Of a DNA stretch of 64,000 nucleotides, positions 1-11,499 are shown in pieces. The stretch covers positions 63,956-127,955 of the forward strand of contig NW_003314422.1 of assembly GCF_000143415.4 (NCBI RefSeq), given 5' to 3'. The notes below the pieces were generated by a model. The model saw only the letters and a list, made by a program, of their open reading frames with translations. It ran no database searches and was not told the DNA's origin. The number at the start of each line of letters is the position of its first letter. The first letter of the stretch is position 1. Source of the DNA: Selaginella moellendorffii. Taxonomy: Eukaryota > Plantae > Lycopodiophyta. Both the position numbers and the translations under genes were made by a program.

Positions 1-821
1 AATACGTCAAAAAGGCGGCGAGCAACGACGACGAATACCAGTCACCTTGCACTCGACTACACATTTGTAACTACGAGCTCGGGATAATATTCATAGATCC
101 GCCACCAACATACCAGGACGATGGTGATTCCAACACAACGAAACAACAAAACCATGGTGGAATCGATAGTTTTACACTGCCGTTTCGAGTACCGGCACCA
201 AAGTACAGCTCTTTAGACAGGCCTGCGACAGGCAGCGCAATCTTCCAACTTGTACAACAATTAGGGGAGGGGCAGCGATCCGTCCTAAACGAGGCTGGAG
301 AGCACGAAGGCGTGTCACTGTCGGACGTGGAGATTGATACACAGGAGCCGGAAGAGGACGATGCATCCTCGAGCGCGTGCTTATAAGCCAGGTACTTAGT
401 TCCCTAGTAGTTTGGAAAGTAGAATTGGTTCTAACAAGTTTCGCGACTACAGGCCACGAGGACGAGATTTCTTGGCGTGTTTCTAAGCCTAGCACTTTGG
501 AATGTAGAAAAATTTCGAGACTACAGGCGACGAGGACGAGATCTCCCCCGGTGGAGCGCGTGCTTACAAGCAAGGTACTTCTCTAGCACTTTATAGTTGG
601 TTCTAACTAGTTCACTTCTAACCACCTACACTGTTTGTATCAAAGACAGTCAGTCCATCGCTGCCACCTCGCCATCAGCCGTTGAGCTAATTTGCCACAT
701 CATCTCTTGGTTCTTGGCACTTTGATCTCGGGCTTTCTAGCGTCACAAGAGGTATGTGACGGGCAGCCCAGTAGCAGACCCCTTTTGATCGCCGCTGGCA
801 TTGTTTTCCTTTGCAAGATAG

Positions 822-1406
822 ATGGGGAGAGAAATGGAGGAGCTTGGCTTGCCGGTCGAGGTCCGCGACTACCTCCAGTCGGTCTCCAACGCCGAGGTCG
901 CCCTCTTCGTGGCGGACAAGCGCCCCGCCAGCGTCCGCGAGGCCCAAGACATGGTGGCCGAGCTCGGGGCGCCGCCGGTGAACAAGACTTTCATGATATC
1001 CTACGGCGACTCCAACGACTATGGCTTTTGGGCCCGCGGCACGGTCAACGGTCGCCCGGCGTCCTTCATGCCCAACTACGGCTCCGACGCCTTGGTCTCG
1101 GCCAGCGCGGTCAACCGCCTAGGGTTGACTACCACCCTGTGCCGCCCCTTCCGCGTTGACGGGTCGCCCGTGGTCCACAACCGCAAGGTGAGCGACCTAG
1201 TGTTCGAGCTGGATGGCGGGTACAAAGGCTGCATGGATTTCTACGTAGGGGATGGCGGGCGCAACGATTTCGTGTTTGGCAACCGCGATATGACCAAGTT
1301 GGGTACCGGGTGCTCGGTTTACTACGGGCGCATGCTGGTGGAGCTCAGGGGTGGAGACGGGACTTTTACCTCGCCCCTCTACGAGGGCCGTCCTGGGTTC
1401 CACTAG
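822..1406 (+). CDS. Retrotransposon-derived Gag-CA-like / retropepsin-fold protein, catalytic Asp replaced (putative domesticated pseudo-protease)
   Basis: Intact GC-rich 194-aa ORF. FWARGTVNGRPASFMPNYGSDALVSASAVNRLGL and DFVFGNRDM align to the retropepsin pattern (GxVNGxxxxxLVDSGA..ISxxxxxRLGL ... DVILGMDWL), with N in place of the catalytic D. Confidence 0.65.
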   Translation: MGREMEELGLPVEVRDYLQSVSNAEVALFVADKRPASVREAQDMVAELGAPPVNKTFMISYGDSNDYGFWARGTVNGRPASFMPNYGSDALVSASAVNRLGLTTTLCRPFRVDGSPVVHNRKVSDLVFELDGGYKGCMDFYVGDGGRNDFVFGNRDMTKLGTGCSVYYGRMLVELRGGDGTFTSPLYEGRPGFH

Positions 1407-1771
1407 GTGGGGAGCGATCTTCATTCTCACAAGCTCATTTTCATTTTCAGCAATGTGCTACTAGGTAGGAACCAAGTGGTAAGCATTCACTCACAGAACT
1501 CCTGTTCTTATTCTCGGTTCATTTTTAAAGAAAAACCCATCGTTTTCATTCTCACCAATGTGACTCTTTCTTTTCTTTTTGTTTTGTGCTGAAAATCGAC
1601 ATTTTCCAACCCAAGACTTAGCCTTGTTTTCTTTATACAATTCACTATGACTTTGCCCAATGCCAGGACCCTTCGGAGCACGCTGAAAAGTACAAACAAC
1701 GCGTTCTAGGAGTGAAGCTCGTATAGTTTGTTCATGAGCGATTTTTGCGTTAACAGCGATCTTATCAAAAG

Positions 1772-4700
1772 ATGTCTTTCGATCCCACGTCCGTGTTGCC
1801 AGCGGTCATTGCCGTGCCTATCAACGAAGCTTTCAAGCTCCTCATATCCGGGGCCTCCAAGTACTGGAATTTCCCAAGCGCGTCCAAGGCTGCAATTAAC
1901 GAGTACACGCCTATCTACAATCTTGCACTAATGCGTATTGCGGCCGTACAAGATCATGCTTCGGATGAATATCAAACACTGACTCGTTTTTGCGATTGTT
2001 TCAATGAAATGGAGCAGCATATCAAGAACGTCCACTCAGCTCATCCCAGGTAACATCCTCATCTGGAAAAATTCTGGAACACTAAACATCACTCTACTGC
2101 AGATACATCGGGGAGATTTTCCGCTTCTTCGGCGCCAGATCTAAACTCGACAGCTTGATGCCTATCTTAAACGCCCAGCAAGTTCTCGAGCGGCCTTTGG
2201 CTCTAGTCCACTCTCAGCAAATCCAGGCTTTGGACTCTCGGCCGCCCCATGAGTTTCAGTACCGCTGCCAGCCCCCAAGTCTTCCTCCAGGCATAAACTA
2301 CTTGATTGTTGGAAGAGACGAGGAGTTTTCCAGGTTCAAGTCACTGCTTCTGGACGAGGGAGGGCCAGAAAGGATTGGCTTGTTTGGCCCGAGCGGCGTT
2401 GGGAAGACGTTCCTGGTGACCCATCTGTGTCGCGACGGGGAGATCGCCAGTCATTTTGATGGCATCATCTGGATCAGTTTTGATTACAGAGAGCGCTTCG
2501 ATACGTTGGTCACTATGCAAGCAGACATACTTTCTCGGTTGACAGGGAACGATCGGAGGGTAGCATCGGTTGCAAATGGAAGCAGGGAGATTTTCAACTT
2601 TATAACCAGGAGCAGCCTCAAGAGATACATGCTTGTTTTGGACAATGTATGGAAAAAGAACTGGCTGCATCTTTTAGATCAGGAAGGTGACATGGGGAGG
2701 GGGAACAAGGTGGTGGCCATCGCCAGCAATGCCAAGCTATTTCCAGAGGATAGGTGGACTAGTGTCAAGTTGGATCCTTTGTCTTTTGATGATGGCTACA
2801 AACTCATTTGCATGCAAGCGTTTGGAGGAGAAGACCAGGTCCCAGACACCCTTGATAGAGATTATGTGGAGAAGATGGTTTGGCTGTGCAGTGGAGTTCC
2901 CAAGGCTCTTCAGGTGATGGGCAGATATATGAGAAGAAACAAGGATCGTCCTTGGTTTTATTGGCAGCATGTTCTTGACAATATCAACAGGTGGGAACTG
3001 GATGAATGGAAGGGCATATTTGAAATGGTGAAACTGAGTTTTATGGAGCTGGACGAAGATGCGCAGCTGCTCTTTTTTTCCCTCGCCCTGTTAAGAGATC
3101 CCTGGGATGAATCGAGCTTATTTCACCTGTGGCGAGCAATGAGGTGCTCAGAAGACGATAACCTTTGTTTTGAGTTGCATAAATTCAACGATGCCATCTG
3201 CAGGCTAGAAGATGCATCGTTTGGGCAGCGGCAGTGGGACGATCAAATCGTTGTCGACGATCTTATGATGAGTTTTGCTGACTACATCATAGACAACGAG
3301 CCATTATTTTTTACCACTTTAAAGATTTGCAGAGACACTCAAGGATATCTAGTTGTAAGTCAACCCAATGCTGAACAGATTGTGCTTGTCAATAAGATTA
3401 CTTCCCAGCCTCTCATTGAAGCTCCATCGCTTAGGTTCCTGCGTTGTCATGTAGCAACTTTCACGGAATCTTTTCTGGGGAAACTTGTGGAGCTCAGGTA
3501 CTTACACTTGGAGTCATGGTGTAGTGGCTTGTGGAATGCTCTTCGGAAGCTTTCTAAGCTAGAGGCACTCAGAATAGTACTACGGGGCAGAGAAGCGGAT
3601 GCCGTTATTGATCTCAGCTTTCTGCATGGGATGCATAACCTGAGCGAATTATACATTTACTATTACAAACTTCCAGTGGTAAACTTTGAGTTTGTGAGGA
3701 AATTAAGAAAGCTGAAGGTTTTACGACTTGAAGATAAACATGTGAATGTCAGATACGACGGGAAACTCAGGTGTCCTAAAGAAGATCTTATTCTCTCCAA
3801 AAACGCACTGGAATTATTCAAAACTTTCAGTGGGTCTAAGATGCTAACAATGCTACATCTTGGAGCTATTATTCTTACAGAGCTGCCGTGCCATATCAAC
3901 TTTCCACGTCTCACTAGCTTGCAAATTATGGTTGCGTCAAGATCCCTACCACCCAGCTTTGAAGAGCTTCAGAACTTGGAGAGCCTGGAATTAGACGGTT
4001 GTGGAGTGCTGGAAGAAGTGCCACGGTTGGGCAGGCTTTGCAACCTCCGGCAGCTTCAAATTTCGGGCTGTCCTACAATGGAACGCATTCCTGACTCTGC
4101 TCTTCAAGATGGTTTAGTGTCCTTCCCACGGCTTGAGCGCCTCAGCATTTCAGACTGTCCAAAGCTGGCTCACCTTCCTCACGTACAATCCACGAGACCG
4201 CTTGTTGTCCACCTGGAGGCACTACCAGCTTTAAGACAAATCGACGAGCAGTTATTCATTGATCCTCTTATTATTGATAACTGTGGGTTGATCCAAGAGG
4301 TTAATGTTGGAAAAAGCTTGCGCCGAGATCTTCCTATCTCCGTGTGTGAGAGCATAGACGACATTCCAGTGATAGGCAACCTTACACTAGGGGAACGGAT
4401 ACCCCCCATCTTCAATTTGATTGAATTCTCTACCTCGATGATGCTGCACATTATGGAGTGTGAGAAGCTGCTGCTACAAAAGCTTCCCAAAGCTCTTCCT
4501 ATGCTTCGTAAGCTCTCATTGGACAAGGTGACATCTTTGGTGGAGATTAATGACATGTTCTTGCCAAGACTGGAACGACTGACGATCTTAGATTGTGAGA
4601 TGCTGCACAACATTTCAGCTAGATTGCCATCACTCAAAGAGCTTGTGCTGCAGAACTTACCATCTTTGTCAAGAATTAATATGCAATCTGATCCAGAGGC

Positions 4701-5322
4701 AGTTTCAGATCCGGACAAGCTGTACAGCGTTCCAGCTCTTCCTTCTACAGTCATGAGGATTGAACTAGTGGCATTACTATCTTTGGTGGAGATTGGCGGC
4801 ATTATGCCGTCCAAAAATCTCGAAATGCTCATAGTATCGGATTGTGAGAAGCTGCGCAGCCTCCCAGCTCAATCTCTCAATGCCACCACGGCAGATCATG
4901 CAAAAGGCTATCGGCTTGTCTTAAAGAACTTGCCATCTCTAGTCGAGATTGGACAAGGTTACAGCATGTCAAGGGTGAGTATCTTGCACTGCGAGAAGTT
5001 GCACAGGGTTCCCTCCATTTCTGGGATGACGGAACTTCGACTGAAGAGTTTGCCATTGCTGGTCGATATCGAGGAAAGCTGTGCGGTAAAATTGTACATT
5101 TCGGACTGTGAGCAGCTGCAAAGAGTTCCTCCCATGCACGGACTTGAACGCCTTTCGCTGAAGAATCTACCATCCTTGATCCAGATTGATAGAGGTTCTC
5201 TATCCACAATCACACACTTGAAGATCTCGGGCTGTGAAAAACTAGACGAGGCAGAACAGATTGCACAAGAGTGGGAAGAAAGTGACGATGATGAAGCAAG
5301 CTGTCTGACAAGGAATTTTTGA
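1772..5322 (+). CDS. NB-ARC-LRR (NLR) immune receptor with RPW8/CC_R-like N-terminus; exons 1772-2049 and 2103-5322
   Basis: GT-AG intron 2050-2102 joins the 93-aa ORF in frame to the 1055-aa ORF. P-loop GPSGVGKT, kinase-2 LVLDNVW, GLPL-like GVPKAL, MHD-position VDD, many LxxLxLxxCxxLxxLP repeats. Confidence 0.9.
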
Positions 5323-5472
5323 TATCTAAGGAGATAAAGAACAATCCATTTTGATTGCAATACAGGTTCATAAACTACAAAATCAATCGAAAACAATCAG
5401 AGCCGAGAAAATCAAGAAACTCTGACCAGCTCTCCGCAGATTTCTAAACGCTGTCCTTAAAGGAAAATCCAA

Positions 5473-6078
5473 TTATTTGCCGAAGTTTTGTAATCGCCAC
5501 TTCCGCACAACCGGCCTCACATCCTCGACCTTCGCAAGGCCGAGCAAAAACGGGACGAGGTCCAGCAGCTCGCGATCACCGGGGTTGTCCCAGAAGCTCG
5601 AAACGGGCACCCAGTTATCCAGGTTCCACACACACTTAGACTCGGAGTCGTCCACAATCACCACCCTCTCCATCCCCCGCCCCAGCATCGACAAATCCTT
5701 GACGTGCCCAACTTCGCTGCTCCAGCTGCAATGCTCGGTATACAATCTGTGCGCAAACAATCTTCCCTCGGGGTCGAGCTCGTCCAGGATCGGATCCGCG
5801 ATGCGCCGGTCGCACGACGTGAAGACGACGATCTCGTAGACACGGGCCATTTGGCGGAGGAAATCGTCGACAAAGGGGCGCTTGAGAGTGAGAAGTGTGC
5901 CATCGGATCCACGGACTTTGGAAACGAAGTCGTACCTCTGGTCGGGGCTTGTGACGCTCGAGACGAGCGTGTGATTCATGTCGAGAACTAGGGTTGGCTT
6001 GCCTTCGTGCTCGGGGCGCTGATCGGGTGGGATGAGAGGACGCCATGGCCGCGGCTCGGAAGCTCTCGCCAATACCAT
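5473..6078 (-). CDS. SCP1/CTDSP-like small CTD phosphatase (NIF/FCP1 HAD domain), intronless
   Basis: KPTLVLDMNHTLV, KRPFVDDFL, YEIVVFTS, HRLYTEHC, VKDLSMLGR, VVIVDD, PVSSFWDNPGDRELLDL are the canonical NIF motifs. Confidence 0.9.
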   Translation of the reverse strand: MVLARASEPRPWRPLIPPDQRPEHEGKPTLVLDMNHTLVSSVTSPDQRYDFVSKVRGSDGTLLTLKRPFVDDFLRQMARVYEIVVFTSCDRRIADPILDELDPEGRLFAHRLYTEHCSWSSEVGHVKDLSMLGRGMERVVIVDDSESKCVWNLDNWVPVSSFWDNPGDRELLDLVPFLLGLAKVEDVRPVVRKWRLQNFGK

Positions 6079-6153
6079 TCTCTCTTCTTCTCCAAAACCC
6101 TGAAAAACCCTTTGTAATTGTAAGACCTTTAATAGTGGGGGTTTTTAGGGTTT

Positions 6154-6632
6154 ATGGCGATTCGCTTCTCTGGCTCGTCCTCGGAGGTGCTGCGCGTCTT
6201 CAACCGGGCGGTGGATTTGCTGGCGAGCAGCGCGCCGGAAAGCGACCAGGAGCTGCTGGAGATGGTGAGGAAGGCCAAGAAGGAGCAGGAGAGCAACATC
6301 TTCCATCCGCCCAAGAAATTGCGCACTGGTAAGGCATTTGATCGAGGGATTGATTGATCGACGTCCTTCTATGGCAGCGCGCGCGGCTGGAGATAGCGAT
6401 TCCACTGCTCCTGCTGCTACTGCTACTGCTGCGGCGTCCAAATTGGGAGCATCGTCTCGCCCATCTGACCAGCAACAGGTAGAATTCTACTCCCTCTCTC
6501 TCACACTCACAAATTTCTTGGATCCAGGCCTCTAACCAGCCGCCAAAGCCGAGTGGATTGGTGCGATTGGGCTCCAACGCCGGCGTCGCAAGGGGGCGCG
6601 TCGAGAAACCCAAGCGCAAGCCAGGGCGGTAA
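6154..6632 (+). CDS. Small orphan protein (~126 aa) with basic NLS-like segments; exons 6154-6328, 6378-6478, 6528-6632
   Basis: Two 49-nt GT-AG introns (6329-6377, 6479-6527) preserve frame through to TAA at 6630-6632. No recognisable domain. Confidence 0.55.
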
Positions 6633-6746
6633 TGCCCAAGAGCCCTAAATCTGCGAATATGCTGGATGATGCTTATTTAAAAAGCTCACAGAATATTCTT
6701 GTAACGGCACTCGAATATTACGTTAGAATGTTAGGGTTTATGGCCG

Positions 6747-9700
6747 ATGGCGGACGATATTTTGGAATTCGTGCGCCATCGCGTCTTCCCCGAGCGCCTG
6801 CACGCCATCGATGCGTCCATGAAGCTGCCATTCGCTCCCTCGCTTCTACTTGCAGCGTGCGATGATCCAGAGCAGCGGCATTGTGTGCTGGGGAATTTGG
6901 AAGATCACAGGTGCGTTTCGCGAGCGCTCGAGTATGCGCGGCTGGATTACGGGGAGATCTCGTGTAATATCGGTGCCGAAGCGGAGAATGCCGCGCCTAT
7001 GGACGAAGATGGATTGCTCGATGGCGGGGAAAGTCCGGACGAATGCCTGGCGTTTGAGCAGGCTACTGAGGTAATCTTCTAAGTTTTAAAGGATGTCTTC
7101 CTTCTTTTTGATGGATCGTCTCCTTTTTTATAGAAAGGGCGCGTTGAGCTTGTTATAACATCCTTGCTAGGAAGAGCTTCAAAAGCAACCTCGAATTCCA
7201 GCATGGGCAGTATTTGGAATAACACGGCATATCTATCCGAGCTAAGGTTGCTTCTTCCAATCGCTGTTTCACGTTGTCCAGGAATTTTCACTCCAGGTTG
7301 AATTCTTTTCTTCTTCTCTCTCTCAAGTCTTACATTCAATGTTTTTTTTTTCTGCAGAGCTACTCGTCAAAAGCTTGCTGACTGCTGCCTGTGGCATAGA
7401 GCTTCTTGTCACAACGCTCGCAAACAATCCATCCCTGGTCGAGCGAGCTCCAACACTCCTGGTGGACCTCGTGAAACGGGAGTTAGATCAAGAGTCAGCC
7501 CGTGAAAAGTCGCCTGCTGAGCCTCGTTTTAAGCCGTCACGCGAGATGGAAGCCGCCGTGTGGACGCTGTTCAAGCTTTGTCAGGTCTCTCGTTCGTTCG
7601 CCTCGACTTGCAGAGACGCGATGGTGGAGGCAATGGTTCTCGAGGAGCTGGCATTACTGGTGACTCTGGAGGTTTTACACGACGAGTTCGAGTTCCTATC
7701 AGAAGTTCTGTTCAAGAGCTTTACACTTGGTGGAACGGTACATAGCTTATTGCCATGGTTGGCGCAGTATCTATCGTCGAGAGAGAAAAGTTTGCTGCCA
7801 CTTCCGCGTATGACCGACAAGGAGGGTCTCTCGACGCCATCCGAAAGATTTGTTAACAAGGAATGGGTGACTTGCGAGCTCAGGAAGGCCTTGCTGAGGC
7901 ATGCGAGGAGGATAAAACAGAAAAAAGGATGGTGTCCTGAGCTATATGCACACTTGAAGATATATTGTGTCTTGATTCGAGTTGGAGACATCTCGCCATC
8001 GTTTGAAGAGGTACTCAAGTTTTCTTTCTTGTTTTGGTTCTGGCTTAATCTTTCGGCATGGCTGCAGAGTGATTTCTGGTTGAAAACAATTGCGCAAGAC
8101 AAAACAAAGCCACCCTGTTGTTCGCAACGTATTCTCGAACTTGGAGTTGCATATTTATGTTTGGTACCAGGTCTAGCTGGAAGCCCAACGAGACTGCTGT
8201 ACCATGGATGTGTGTCGTACTTGCTCTCACCCGTGAAGCAAGACAGCGGTTTTTCATCGACTGTGGAGCTTGCCATATGGTTGTCGGTGCAGCTATTTCT
8301 ACGAAACTTGAACAACATAGCCCAGGTAAATCCAGTACGCGCGTCTTTTCTATTCTATGCTCTTACTGTGTGGCAGTTTGTTAGGGAGTCACTTGGAATC
8401 CACGTGACAGTGCACCATGGTTTGATGCATGATTTTGCGTCGGCTGCTGGAATAACGTCCGACCCGTCGCTGATTGCAAATGCCGTTGCTGCACTTCGGC
8501 CTCAAGGTGCTCTTGCTGGGAACGTGTAATCAAATCACCATTTACCTTTCTCATTGACTGACTTTTGATTCTTGCAGGAAACAACAGAGTCGTGCACTAA
8601 TGTGTCTCACGCAACTACTTCACGCGGGTACGTTCAGTCGGTGCTTCACGGACATCCTAGGTGCAGTAATACACAGTATTTCAAGAGCACGCGAGCCTGT
8701 TTGTCGTGTAAGTTGGCCTCTGGAGTCTTTATTTTTCTTTTCTTTTTTGTCTTACAAGCTTTGCGTCGATTCTAGGAGGTAGTGCACTTGATCCAATCTT
8801 ATATGGATTTACCGGTTCAACAAGGAAATGCCAAAGGCCCTATATTCAAAGCGGTCGAGCTGGAGACGTTCTTATTGGATGCCATATCTCCTGGCAGCTT
8901 GTCTTTTTATAACAACTGTTCGGATGATGGTGAGATTCTTTTCCAGATTATTCATGTCATTAGCTCGCTCTCTTGCAAATAGGTCTGCGGGAAGCTGTCG
9001 ATCAGGCGCCGGCAGTTCTCGCGACATACTTCATTCTCTGCAGAGAACACCTCCTCAGAAGTTTGGGTGTTGACGACGATGTAAAGTGGTGGCCGGATTT
9101 GGTCTCAGGTACACCTTGGAGGCTGGTGCTCTCGTACATGGAGAAGTTCTCGTCGCAATACGAAAATCTTCTTCCTCAGGTAAGAAATCACCAAGTCAAA
9201 TTCATGCTAGAAGCCTTTAACGTTTGTATCTGCTGCTCCTAGTGGCTCGCTCTCGCAACTGCACTCTTCCCTGAAAAGTTCATCGTACTCAACCATCTTG
9301 ACCAAATGGAAGCAACGGACAGACTTATTGATACGGTAGGCGTCGACGTCGCAATGACCGACGAACATGCGGCAGACAGGGACTCTTTATCAGTGGACGC
9401 AATTCAATCGGCAAGAAAGAAGGCTCCAAGCGAACCACAACTTATTCTCCGTGTTCTGGACGGAATGCGTCGGCGAGCTTCTAGCTATGACTGGAAGTTG
9501 ACAGACGTGGTTGGAAAGCCCAGCTACTGGACGCTAGAGAGCACTCTTATCAAGGAATTGCTGCCGTTTTTATTGGACCCAACGTGCCCGCATGACGTAC
9601 AGGCAAAGTTTTGTAGCTGGTGGTACGCTTTGCCAGATGCTGCGAAGGAGCCTCTGATCATAGTCTTCTTCAAAGCGATTAAGGTCTCTGGCTCGGCCTA

Positions 9701-10682
9701 TACTGGTCTCTTGAAGGAAGACACGCTACTGAGCTACAGAACTTTGGTCCGGGATCCCTTGCTTTTCTTATCGTGCGACCCGAGGCTTTTTCGTACGCCG
9801 ATGCTAGCGTTTTACTTGGACACGCTAATGGAGATCCTGATAGTGAACAGGAGGCTGTGCGAGGCATCGATATTGGAGTCTGGGAAAGATGGCCTGAGGC
9901 GTGAAGAAATCGCCACGGCACTCGTTTCTCAATACAGGTATAGTTTATAGTTTTCAATTTTCTTTCTCGAGAGAGTAATTTTGTGTGCATGCAGCGCTGT
10001 CTGCCAGATTCTACTGGAGCGTTGTGATTTAAGCCAGGGGAAAGAGTCTTTGTCGATGGCGATGAACAAGCTTGTTTGTAAGACGGTGTCATCACTTCTT
10101 ACAGTGAACTCTCTACTTCTGAAGCTGATACATTTCCAGGCAAGTTTTTCCTTATCCCGTTTCATTCTACAATGCGCATTTCGAAATGTTTTGCAGGGAT
10201 ATGATTCAACGCGTATACCGGTGATGCTAGAGCATGTCCCTGCAATGGTCCACTGCCTTGATTTTCTAGACGAGTTATTACAACAGCAGCAGCAACACAA
10301 ACAAGTTTTTGCCATCCTTCTCGCCTCGCACGTCACTCGCTGCTATCCCGAAGCCAATCTAAGCTTCCAAGTGGCAGAGAGGGTAGGCAATTATCCACAC
10401 ATTGTTTTCATTGATACAAGCAATCTGTGTTGTGTGCCTCAGGTAGTCTCTCATGTTACATACATCCTGTCCAAGGTCGCTGGCAGCAGCGAGTTTTTAG
10501 CGCAGATTTTGCAGCCCGTCGCAGAGATTGCCACCACCTTCCCTGTGCTCGCTCCAAAAGTGGTGGCCATCTTACAGTCGTGTAGTCGAGCTGGAGCTTC
10601 GTTGAAGGCAGGAGGCCCTCCTCGAGACGCCAAGCTCGAGGCGGCCGCAGTGGGAGCTCTCGGCCTTGTGGTGGGAACTTGA
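6747..10682 (+). CDS. INTS2: Integrator complex subunit 2 homologue, multi-exon
   Basis: C-terminal exons (DPLLFLSCDPRLFR...REEIATALVSQY|SAVCQILLE...KLIHFQ|GYD...VPAMVHCLDFLDELL...KQVFAILL) match metazoan INTS2 (DPLIVLRCDQRVHR...REELKNALLAAQDSAAVQILLE...KLVHFQGYP...IPSMHICLDFIPEL...KQIFAIQLL). Many short introns. Confidence 0.85.
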
Positions 10683-11499
10683 CCAAGCGAAAAGAAAGAG
10701 GTAAAGCGACTGGAATCGCAAAGCAAAGCTCCAGAGACAAGGATGCATTTGTTAAGAGGAGGAGGCAGCTCTTTCTAAATGCCTGATTATGTGTAAGCAA
10801 GACAGCTCCAAGATGGAAAGTGTGGCTTCTTCTGTCTTTCTTTAACTCCAAAGTAGGTCACAATTCAACACCAAAGATGCGCTGCAAATGAACAAATACA
10901 GGAAAAGAGTGGATCAGTGGCCATCCGACAACTTGTGCAATGAAGGGCTGTAGGGCAAGGGCAAGGGAGTGTCAGGTGGTCATCTCTTCCTCCAATCGAT
11001 CCTTTGTGAGGATCTTACAACGGTTCATCTATTCCACATAGCCAGCAATATAAGATGACACTTACAGCCACATCTGGCATAAGAAACTATTCTTTTTAAT
11101 AAGTAAAGAAAGATAATTTGTCTTGTAAAGGGCTTTAAGAATTTTGTGCTGGCCAGTAGCTTGTTGTAGACGTACTATGGAATTTGTGGCAGATAATCCA
11201 TTAAAATAAGGGATGACATAAACTATAAGAATATTTTAAGAATATTCCATGGTCTGTGCAGTAATGTGTTCATTGGAGCAGCACATTCTTTTAGGATGAC
11301 AAATAAGTGGGATATAGATCTTGACGAGGAGTATGGCATTAGTGATGATTGCTATGACAAGGAGGAAGAATCTCTTGATACTATTGTTGTGTGGCAAAGA
11401 TGCTAAATATCTAAGGTTTAAAGTAATATTAAAGAGGTTAAAGATTCTATCAATCTTATTAAAAACTTCTTACTTCACAATCAATCTTGTGTCTGTGAT

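Noticed and set aside
4179-5396. Long antisense ORFs over the NLR (likewise over INTS2, hAT, gag-pol)
   Set aside because: Shadow frames of real genes with no motifs.
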